Shown here: positions 1 through 7,940 of the stretch, piece after piece
Layout: every line of letters starts with the position of its first letter
How positions within the stretch are numbered: the first letter of the stretch is position 1
Source of the DNA: a bacterium
GTDB lineage: Bacteria; Fidelibacterota; Marinisomatia; Marinisomatales; UBA1611
Assembly: GCA_038127595.1 (NCBI GenBank)
Contig: JAYPIC010000025.1
Span: forward strand, 12,630 to 24,484
Direction: 5' to 3'
Length of the DNA: 11,855 bases
Notes under the pieces: generated by a model
What the model was told of the DNA's origin: nothing
Databases searched by the model: none
The model's input: the letters and a program-made list of their open reading frames with translations, nothing else
Position numbers and translations under genes: made by a program

Positions 1-102
1 ACTTATAAGAGTAAACACAAGTATGATTTAAAAAAATTTGGACTGTCAGAGAAAAAAATTAAAAAAGATTGTCTTGCAATTTATGAGACCTTTTTGACAT
101 AA
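1..102 (+). CDS. 3' end of an upstream gene (partial), probable PAPS-dependent sulfotransferase family protein
   Basis: Frame +1 is open from base 1 and reads TYKSKHKYDLKKFGLSEKKIKKDCLAIYETFLT*. Its TAA (100-102) overlaps the next ATG (TAATG). The H-x-Y-x-L-x-x-F-G-L-x-x-x-x-I pattern resembles the C-terminus of bacterial Sulfotransfer_3/mycobacterial Stf-type sulfotransferases. Only 33 residues are visible. Confidence 0.6.
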   Translation, partial: TYKSKHKYDLKKFGLSEKKIKKDCLAIYETFLT

Positions 103-713
103 TGAGCGTACATAGAGCAAAGTTTTTTATAATAATATTTTTTTTATCAAACTTCATTATTTGTCAGAATGAACTAGTTATGAGTAATTATGAAAATCTT
201 AATGAATGGGAAACAATTCAAGAAACAGATGTTAATTTAAAATGGACTAACCAAAACGGTTTCCCCATTGTAAAAGCTACAGCACAGATGCCATTTCCTA
301 TAGATTCAATTTCTAAAATAATTGAGGATGTTAAAAACTACCCTAATGTGTTTAGAAGAGTTCATGAAATTCAAATTCTTGATAAAAACATCATCCATGT
401 AATGCTTGATATGCCATTTTTACTTTCTGATCGCGATTATGTAATTCAATATTCTAAAAATAAATCAAAAACCACATGGAAATTCTCATTCAATGCTATA
501 GATCATGAAAGTGCTCCTGCCACAGAAGAATATGTTAGATTAATAAATGCATTTGGTAAGTGGGAATTAAGTCCAACAAATGAAAATGAAACATTGCTAG
601 TTTATACATGGAATGGAGAACTTTTAGGAGATTTTCCAGAATTCGCTTTGAGAAGAGCATGGAAAACACAAGGAAATGAAATAATACACTGGATTAAAGA
701 TGCGCTTAAATAA
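102..713 (+). CDS. START/SRPBCC-domain lipid-binding protein with N-terminal signal peptide
   Basis: 203 aa. Hydrophobic N-terminus (KFFIIIFFLSNFIIC). START-like features include W near the N-terminus, DVKNYPNVF, DMPFLLSDRDYV (compare PWPxSxRD), YVRL..G.WEL.P, and G.FP followed by a C-terminal helix. Confidence 0.75.
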   Translation: MSVHRAKFFIIIFFLSNFIICQNELVMSNYENLNEWETIQETDVNLKWTNQNGFPIVKATAQMPFPIDSISKIIEDVKNYPNVFRRVHEIQILDKNIIHVMLDMPFLLSDRDYVIQYSKNKSKTTWKFSFNAIDHESAPATEEYVRLINAFGKWELSPTNENETLLVYTWNGELLGDFPEFALRRAWKTQGNEIIHWIKDALK

Positions 714-2139
714 AATAATAATATTAATCCTTTTATCAAGCATAGCACTTAGTCAATCTAAAAATGCATTTAATGGTTTTTTAGATTTTAATTATATATC
801 ACGAATCTCAGATGGATCAATAATTAATCTACCTTATAGATTGTTTAGTTTAAAGATTGACCATGAAAATGAAGATATTTTGATAAAATCAAACTTGGCA
901 ATTGAGCATAAAATAAGAGATGAAACCCATTTTTTATCTAATGAATCTCCATCAGATTTTAATCTTGATTTAAGAGAACTTTATTTGCAATTATTTACTT
1001 CATGGGGAGAATTGAAAATTGGAAAAATCATTCATACCTGGGGTAATGTTGATGAAAATAGTCCTATTGATATTGTTAGTCCATATGACTACTATTTTAC
1101 TTTTGATTCAGGCACTGATAAAAAAATGGGAATTTTCTCATCTGCTGTAGATATTTATGCAAATAATTATAAGATTGGGTTTACTTTTTCTCCAATTCAC
1201 AATACTCATAGGACCCCTCTAGAAAAAGATGATTTTCCAATAAAACTGCCAACATATCCTTATGAAAATGAGTTTATGAAAATTAGTGGTACCCCTATAG
1301 AATATGGATTCTATGGCTCGAAGACACTGAGCAAAGGAGACATCTCTGTGCATTATTTTAATGGATATGATCGACTGTTTAATCTTTCAGGTGTGAATGT
1401 ATATGCAAATGGCCCTGATAAAAGTTTTTCAATCATAGATATAATATATAGCTACAGAAAAACAAAAATACTTGGCGTAGGCACTAATCTTTTTATCGGA
1501 GATGCAACATTTAGAGGAGATGCCGCATTTTTTAACACATCAGACGTGAATGATGAAGATAAATTTCTTGAAAGAAAAAGCTCTTATCGTCCAACGATAT
1601 ATGACTCATTACATTATTCTTACCCTTTAAAAGAGGAAATAAATTATTTTCAAACAACATTACAGTTTGAAATCGAATTACCCTTTGATATTCAATTTAC
1701 AGGTCAATTTTTTACTTACGATACTTTAGATTATAAATCTGATAGCCTACCCCTTGATGAGGATATATCAATTCCAAATCTAGAAATCACAGTTGATGAA
1801 TTGAACCCATAAAATATTTTTACACCAGGATATGGGTCCTCGATCGGAATTTTAACAAAAAAAGCAGCAGTTATATCACTCCAAAAAAGCATTTTAGATG
1901 ATCAACTGACTTTTAAATTATCATCGCTCTTGGATATCGATAATAATAGCCATGACAATTCTATACCAGGAATAATACTATCCCTAGAAACATCATACAG
2001 ATTAAATAACAACCTTATTATTGACATTGGATATACAAAGATAACAGGAGATAGTAATCATCCTCTGGGCGAGGATTATCGATTAAATATTATGGAGGAT
2101 TTTTCACATTTCCGTACAAATTTAAAATATAACTTTTAA
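700..2139 (+). pseudogene. Outer-membrane beta-barrel protein (DUF1302-like), one gene of 479 codons interrupted by an in-frame TAA at 1810-1812 (pseudogene or sequence error)
   Basis: ORFs 700-1812 and 1930-2139 share a frame, and the frame is open between them (ELNP*NIFTPGYGSSIGILTKKAAVISLQKSILDDQLTFKLSSLLDID...). It has a signal peptide, the LRELYLQL...ELKIGKIIHTWG.VD..SP.DIVSP.D motif typical of this barrel class, and a BAM-type C-terminal signal (LKYNF). Confidence 0.75.
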
Positions 2140-2152
2140 TGGATATTATGAA

Positions 2153-3115
2153 ATGAGTATCCAAATAACAGGATCTGGATTTTATTTACCTCCATACATT
2201 GAAAACTCAAAAACTACGGCTCAAATCATTCGTAAAAATGAAAATTGGATTATTTCAAAAACTGGAGTAAAAGAAAGAAGAATTTCAAAAATCGACGTTG
2301 ATAAGATGGGGGCAATCGCTGCCGAAAAAGCTTTAGATGGAAATGGCGCTCCTGATTTAATTATCAATGCATCGGGAGTACCAAAGCAAACAATACCTGA
2401 TACATCCGTTTTTTTTCAAAAAGAGCTTGGTTTAAAATCTATCCCCTGTTTCAGTATTCATGGTACATGTTTATCATTTCTAATAGCATTAAACAATGCA
2501 AGATCGCTAATTAACACAAACGTATATGAAAGAATTTTGATTATCTCATCGGATCGAGGAAGCTTAGGTAGAAACCCCAAAGAACCTGAAAGTGCTGCAC
2601 TCTTAGGAGATGCTGCAGCAGCAATACTTGTTGAAAAAGAAAAATCAGATTCAAATAATTTTCATTATTGGAAAATGAATACGTGGTCTAATGATGCCGA
2701 ATTGACTGAAGTAAGAGGCGGCGGTACATTCAAGCATCCACTCGACCCGAACACAAGAATTGAAGATAATTTGTTTACAATGGATGGACCAGCAGTATAT
2801 AAATCCGCGAGAAAAAAAGCCTATAGAATGGTTTTAGAAACATTTAAGAATACCAAATTCAATAAAGAAGATATCGATTGGCTAATTCCACATCAAGCTT
2901 CCATTAAAGCAATAAATGCATATAGTGAATATGGAAGTTTTGATATGAATAAAATTATAAATATAGTACCAAAAACTGGAAATTGCGTAGCCGCCTCAAT
3001 GCCCCTAGCATTAGCTACAGCAATACATGATGGAAGAATTCAAAGAGGAGACCTGTTATACTTTATTGGCACAGGAGCAGGTCTATCAATGGCTTGCGCT
3101 TTATTAACCTATTAG
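2153..3115 (+). CDS. 3-oxoacyl-ACP synthase III (FabH/KAS III) family condensing enzyme, non-canonical subtype
   Basis: 320 aa. ITGSGFYLP, WI..KTGVKERR and the Cys-His-Asn triad motifs GTCLSF, IPHQAS and GNCVAAS are present, plus LGDAAAA and the terminal GTGAGLS. Confidence 0.92.
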   Translation: MSIQITGSGFYLPPYIENSKTTAQIIRKNENWIISKTGVKERRISKIDVDKMGAIAAEKALDGNGAPDLIINASGVPKQTIPDTSVFFQKELGLKSIPCFSIHGTCLSFLIALNNARSLINTNVYERILIISSDRGSLGRNPKEPESAALLGDAAAAILVEKEKSDSNNFHYWKMNTWSNDAELTEVRGGGTFKHPLDPNTRIEDNLFTMDGPAVYKSARKKAYRMVLETFKNTKFNKEDIDWLIPHQASIKAINAYSEYGSFDMNKIINIVPKTGNCVAASMPLALATAIHDGRIQRGDLLYFIGTGAGLSMACALLTY

Positions 3116-3117
3116 TA

Positions 3118-4185
3118 TTATTTCATTAAGATAACTTTTTTTACAAATGTCTTTTTTGTAGTATTTATTTTCATAAAATAAACGCCGTTGCTGTAATTAC
3201 CTGCATCCCAATTAAAAGTGTGTTCACCTGCGTCTAATTTTTGGTCATTTAATATTTGAATTAAGCTTCCCTTTAAATCATAAATTAAAATATTCACCAT
3301 CCCACTTTTTTTTAAATCTACTCTAATACTTGTTTTAGGATTAAACGGGTTGGGATAAGGGTTTTCGATTTTAATTTCATATGGAATGTTGCCTAAATCA
3401 TTGATACTTGCAAAATCACACTCTTGTGGAGAATCAATTTGAAAAGAATAATAAAATTGATCAAGACTAATATTAAAGTTCTCGCTACTTGAGATGCACT
3501 CTGGAATATTTTCACATAAACTATTCCCCCCAATAGCAAAAAAAGGAAACCATGCACTATCATCGCTGCTCCAATCAATATTCATATCACACATGCACTC
3601 CGGCAACGAAGACAAATTATTATTAAATAGCCATAGATATTGTAATTCTGTCAAGGAGCAAATTGAGATTGGTAATTGATTAATCTTATTATAACCTAGA
3701 TCTAGATATTTAAGGCTAGATAGACTATCTAAATTTTCAATTACACCCTCTAAAATATTATTTGATATATATAATGATCTGAGCTCTTTTAAATTTTCAA
3801 AACTTGATGGCAATGATGATATCCTATTCCATTCTAAGTATAAGCCGCTTAAACCTGTCCAGTTTCCAATCGACTCTGGTAAACTAAAAATAGTATCATT
3901 AACACCAGAACTATTGCCATAATTTCCAGCTACTAAAATTTTTAATCGTCCATTGAACCATGATTGCGTTCCTATTCCAAAAGCGTTATCATATTCTAAA
4001 TTATTAATACTAATTAAATCAGCTAAGCCCTCTAAATCATCATTGTAAAAACAACTATCACCCAGCAGGATATTAATATTATTTGGAAGAGTATTATTAT
4101 ATGTAAACCCCTCTTCACACTGACAAATCAAACTTTCAAATATGAGCGAGAATAGAACTAAAATGTATTGAAAAGACCTATTCAT
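3118..4185 (-). CDS. Secreted leucine-rich-repeat protein with C-terminal T9SS type A/FlgD-Ig-like sorting domain
   Basis: Signal peptide, about 4-5 23-aa LRRs (LPESIGNWTGLSGLYLEWNRISS / LPSSFENLKELRSLYISNNILEG / ...LKYLDLGYNKINQ / LPISICSLTELQYLWLFNNNLSS), Cys-rich caps, and a CTD (PYPNPFNP...IYDLKG...WDA...SNGVYF...KKVILMK). Confidence 0.85.
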   Translation of the reverse strand: MNRSFQYILVLFSLIFESLICQCEEGFTYNNTLPNNINILLGDSCFYNDDLEGLADLISINNLEYDNAFGIGTQSWFNGRLKILVAGNYGNSSGVNDTIFSLPESIGNWTGLSGLYLEWNRISSLPSSFENLKELRSLYISNNILEGVIENLDSLSSLKYLDLGYNKINQLPISICSLTELQYLWLFNNNLSSLPECMCDMNIDWSSDDSAWFPFFAIGGNSLCENIPECISSSENFNISLDQFYYSFQIDSPQECDFASINDLGNIPYEIKIENPYPNPFNPKTSIRVDLKKSGMVNILIYDLKGSLIQILNDQKLDAGEHTFNWDAGNYSNGVYFMKINTTKKTFVKKVILMK

Positions 4186-4186
4186 T

Positions 4187-6262
4187 TTATTTAATAAACA
4201 TTATTTTCTTCATTTGATTGTTAAATGGTTTATTTAACTTCAAAAAATAAATACCAGAGGAAAAACCCGCACCATCCCAATTAGAGTAAAAAGTCTCTGA
4301 AAGATCATTTAAAGGGATACTATGAATTATTTTACCACTTATGTCGTATATATCAATTTTTAAACCAACTTCATAAATATCTTTGACACCAATTTTTATA
4401 TTTGAGTTGAATGGGTTTGGAAATGGTTCTAATAAAGTTGCCTCAATAGATTTGTTTGGCAGTTCATGAGCTGTTGATAAAGAATTTAATTTTATATCAA
4501 AACTATACGTTCTTGCTAGGGATATTTTTTTTGAAGGGACTACTATTAACTCAAAACTACTATTAATTGCAGAATTACTAGTTATACCATTAAAAGTAAT
4601 AGTTTCAGCAGATCCTGGCTCTATTTCTATGGAACCACTAAAATCTTCAAACCAATCTAATTGCTCTACGAACTGATAATTAAAAGTTTCAGTTATTGAT
4701 CCCTCATTTTTTAATGTAAATGAAATTTCAGCATTTCCCAATGGGAGATTTACGGTTGGCTGAGACTCATAGCCTTCAACATTATTTTCGGAAAGTTCAT
4801 TAACTATTAGGCTAAATGCGATTGGATATAAACTTGGTATTCGGTTAGCACGGTAAACTGCGCAAATTGGCTCACATAAATTATAATTTCCTCTCCAAAC
4901 TTCCTCACCATTATTTGTAACCTCTAATGAAGTACCATTTCCTCCAACTGTTGTAATTAAATAATTTCCGTTATCAAGTTTTTGAGCATTCCCTGAAGCA
5001 AAACCAAAAAGTTCTTCAGGAAGAGAGTATTCCCACACTACTTGAGCTTGATCATTATTTAAACTAATCTCCAATACTCTTGAAGTCGGATACTCAGTAC
5101 CTAAAAAACTTTCACTTAAATTACCATTATCAAATGTTACAATATTTCCATTGTCTAGTATTTGAAGTCCATGCTGAAAACTAAATCCAATATCATTACC
5201 CATAGAAACATCCCCTGAAGGCATATTCCTTCCCATATTCCATATTATATCACCACTTGGGTAAGATATTTTTGTTATTCTAGACAAATGTCTTGTTGAT
5301 ATATATAATGCACTTTCTTCCTCGGAAAAAATCAAAGCATTAACATGCGTCCAATCGTATTTTTGAAACCCAGTTGATGAAGATAACCATGTACCTCCAA
5401 GATCGTCAAAATCGTCCATTGAAAAATGATCAAATACGCTCCATGTCCATACTATTTCTTTAGTATCTTTATCCCACTCCACTAGTTTATCCCCCACCCA
5501 TGGAAATTCAACAGTTACACCATTTGCATCAAATCCTAAATCAATATAATCTGAAGTCCAATTGCCAATTGGTATTGGGCCAAGCTGAGATGTTTCAACT
5601 ATACCCATATAATTACCATTCGGAAGTTTAATTAGGTCATGATGGAGAAACTGATCATTTGGCTCTTCCCAAATAAAATTGGCGTTTAGACTAAATTCCA
5701 TCCCAGGAAGATTGTGTTCTAATGAGTTATCAGAATAACATCCTAAAAGATCTAGAGCGTCATTTGTATTATAATAAACAATATTTTTTTCGCCTGTGTT
5801 CCATATTTCTCTACCATTAAAGTCGATTATGGCACTGTAGTAGTTATAAAATGAACCAAAAATAGTAATGCCTGGATTTATATTATTTTCATCATAAATA
5901 ATTACTGTCGCATTCGAACGTTTTGACTCAGTTGAGAAACTGAACGAATCGATCCAGTCACTATATAATGGAGAATCATAGTTCGGACGCACTCTCCAAT
6001 GATAATTTGAATCCCAATCTATACTTTCTTCTTCTACAAAGACTAATGAGGTAACAGTAGCAACTTTAATGATTTCATCAAACTGAGAATCATAAGCTAT
6101 CTCTATATTATAGCTACTTGCTCCAGGAACTTGATCCCATTCAAAAAGAACATGAATATAGTTAAGCTCGCTATTGTTAGGAGGATTAATTAAGCCCGCA
6201 GTTAATATCGTAAAAAATAAAGTTTGAATAAAAAATAGATATAAAGTGCAATACCTAATCAT
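4187..6262 (-). CDS. Secreted aryl-sulfate sulfotransferase (ASST family) with Fn3-like N-domain, Ig-like domain and T9SS type A-like CTD
   Basis: ASST motifs HHD..LPNGN, DWTHVNAL, ISTRH, FQHG, FDNGN, GNAQKLDNGNYLI and VYRA are present, with a CTD PFPNPFN...WDG..FSSGIYF...KKIMFIK. Start placed at the ATG at 6262 (MIRYCTLYLFF..., signal peptide), just after the sat stop, rather than the GTG at 6286. Confidence 0.85.
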   Translation of the reverse strand: MIRYCTLYLFFIQTLFFTILTAGLINPPNNSELNYIHVLFEWDQVPGASSYNIEIAYDSQFDEIIKVATVTSLVFVEEESIDWDSNYHWRVRPNYDSPLYSDWIDSFSFSTESKRSNATVIIYDENNINPGITIFGSFYNYYSAIIDFNGREIWNTGEKNIVYYNTNDALDLLGCYSDNSLEHNLPGMEFSLNANFIWEEPNDQFLHHDLIKLPNGNYMGIVETSQLGPIPIGNWTSDYIDLGFDANGVTVEFPWVGDKLVEWDKDTKEIVWTWSVFDHFSMDDFDDLGGTWLSSSTGFQKYDWTHVNALIFSEEESALYISTRHLSRITKISYPSGDIIWNMGRNMPSGDVSMGNDIGFSFQHGLQILDNGNIVTFDNGNLSESFLGTEYPTSRVLEISLNNDQAQVVWEYSLPEELFGFASGNAQKLDNGNYLITTVGGNGTSLEVTNNGEEVWRGNYNLCEPICAVYRANRIPSLYPIAFSLIVNELSENNVEGYESQPTVNLPLGNAEISFTLKNEGSITETFNYQFVEQLDWFEDFSGSIEIEPGSAETITFNGITSNSAINSSFELIVVPSKKISLARTYSFDIKLNSLSTAHELPNKSIEATLLEPFPNPFNSNIKIGVKDIYEVGLKIDIYDISGKIIHSIPLNDLSETFYSNWDGAGFSSGIYFLKLNKPFNNQMKKIMFIK

Positions 6263-6266
6263 CAAT

Positions 6267-7940
6267 TTATTCAGAGATAAGACCACGTCTTTCTATATAG
6301 TTATAAATTTTTTCTACAAGTTTTTCAGGCTCAATTTCACTAGAATCAATTTTCAACTCAGGATTTATTGGGTCTTCATAAGGATCAGAAATACCAGTAA
6401 ACTCTTTTAACTTCCCTTCCCTAGCTAACTTGTATAAACCCTTTACATCTCTTTCTTCACATTTTTCTAATGAAGTTGCAACATGTACCTCAATGTATCC
6501 ACCCAGTTTAGAAATCAATTTTCTATTATAATTTCTATCGCTTTCATAAGGAGCAATTGGAGCGCAAACAGCTATACCTCCATTTTTTGTTATCTCACTG
6601 GCAACATAACCTATACGTTTAACATTTATAGATCTATGTTCCTTTGAAAACCCTAATTCACTTGATAAATGTGTTCTAATGATATCACCATCTAATAAAG
6701 TAACAGGCCTACTACCCTGTTCAAGAAGCTTTACTAAAAGCCCATTAGCTAAAGTAGATTTACCAGAGCCAGACAAACCCGTAAAAAAGACTGTGAATCC
6801 TCTTTTTGATACTGGAGGACGCGATTTTTGGAGTTCATTTGCAACCTCATTATAGGTAAACCAATTGGGTATTTCTTTGCCTTTATCAAGTAAATTTCTC
6901 AACTCTGTGCCAGATACAGTTTTATAATTGGTTCCCTCGGGAATTTCATCTATCGGTTTGTAACAATCCTCGTTTGGCAGATAAACTAAAAATTTAAATG
7001 GGATCATTTTTATGCCAATTTCTTGCTCATATTGATTAAGTATTTCTTGAGCAGCATAAGGGCCATAAAATGGTTTACCATCGCTATCAAACCCAGGACC
7101 AGCATGATCTCTGCCAACAATGAAATGAGAACATCCATAATTTTTTCTAATAATGGCATGCCATAGAGCTTCTCGAGGGCCTGCCATGCGCATAGCAAGG
7201 GGAATTAAGCTTAAAAAAGCTTTATCATCTGGGTACTTGCTTAAAACGTGCTTGTAACATCTTACTCTCGTATAATGGTCAACATCTCCAGGTTTAGTCA
7301 TCCCTACTACAGGATGAATTAAAAGTTTTGCATCTAACTCATCAATCGCCCTAAGCGTCATCTCAACATGAGCTTTGTGTAGAGGATTACGTGTTTGAAA
7401 AGCTACAATATTTGACCATCCCAATTCTTTGAATTTTTTCTTTAGCGATTTAGGGTCATGACGAATTTCTATATAGTCATAATGATTTGGTTTGCTTATG
7501 GCTCTTATTTTGCCTCCAACATAAATTGGATTACTATGATTCAATAGATAATCTACTCCTGGATGAGTATTATCAGTGGTCCCATAAACTGACATACATT
7601 CTTTTTTTAAATCAGGGTTCCAAATATCTTCAATATCAATTATAGCAATCGAAAAACCTTCTTTGTCTTTCAAAGTTAATTTATCACCAGGATTTATTTT
7701 CCTTGAAAACTCCTCATTTACATCTAAGTTAATCGGAATCGGCCAGAGACTACCATTATTTAGGCGCATACTTGATAATACACTTTCGTAATCATCTCTA
7801 TTGAGAAAACAATTTAGAGGCGCAAAACCTCCATTAAGGATCATCTCTAAATCACATATCTGACGCTCATTTAGCACCCAGGATTTATAATTCAATGATT
7901 CATTTTTTAATTCAATATCCACAAGATATCCTTTACTCAC
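6267..7940 (-). CDS. sat: Bifunctional sulfate adenylyltransferase / adenylylsulfate kinase (Sat-CysC fusion, PAPS synthase)
   Basis: ATP sulfurylase motifs RQICDLE..LNGGF.PL, AFQTRNPLHKAH, AMRMAGPREALWHA..RKNYG and GRDHAG. The APS kinase domain has an intact P-loop GLSGSGKST, LLDGD, RDVKGLY and FTGISDPYE. The GTG start overlaps the upstream TAG (TAGTG). Confidence 0.96.
   Translation of the reverse strand: MSKGYLVDIELKNESLNYKSWVLNERQICDLEMILNGGFAPLNCFLNRDDYESVLSSMRLNNGSLWPIPINLDVNEEFSRKINPGDKLTLKDKEGFSIAIIDIEDIWNPDLKKECMSVYGTTDNTHPGVDYLLNHSNPIYVGGKIRAISKPNHYDYIEIRHDPKSLKKKFKELGWSNIVAFQTRNPLHKAHVEMTLRAIDELDAKLLIHPVVGMTKPGDVDHYTRVRCYKHVLSKYPDDKAFLSLIPLAMRMAGPREALWHAIIRKNYGCSHFIVGRDHAGPGFDSDGKPFYGPYAAQEILNQYEQEIGIKMIPFKFLVYLPNEDCYKPIDEIPEGTNYKTVSGTELRNLLDKGKEIPNWFTYNEVANELQKSRPPVSKRGFTVFFTGLSGSGKSTLANGLLVKLLEQGSRPVTLLDGDIIRTHLSSELGFSKEHRSINVKRIGYVASEITKNGGIAVCAPIAPYESDRNYNRKLISKLGGYIEVHVATSLEKCEERDVKGLYKLAREGKLKEFTGISDPYEDPINPELKIDSSEIEPEKLVEKIYNYIERRGLISE

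Noticed and set aside
1810..1812. Stop-codon reassignment or Sec/Pyl readthrough
   Set aside because: The codon is TAA, not TGA or TAG, and TAA terminates most other genes in the window.
1930..2139. 69-aa ORF as an independent gene
   Set aside because: It has a TTG start, is in frame with 700-1812 and carries the barrel's C-terminal strands, so it is the distal part of the interrupted gene.
2409..2416. T8 tract (and similar A/T runs) as phase-variation sites
   Set aside because: Such runs are expected at this AT content, and the reading frames are intact.
3393..3679. Short ORFs 3393-3578 (-) and 3494-3679 (+)
   Set aside because: They are nested in or antisense to the LRR gene and have no motifs.
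6263..6286. GTG start at 6286 for the ASST
   Set aside because: It overlaps the end of sat. The ATG at 6262 gives a cleaner signal peptide and junction.
7010..7198. 62-aa alternative-frame ORF inside sat
   Set aside because: It is an out-of-frame shadow within a highly conserved domain.
6267..7940. Dissimilatory sulfur metabolism role for sat
   Set aside because: It is fused to an intact APS kinase, and no apr, qmo or dsr gene is in the window.
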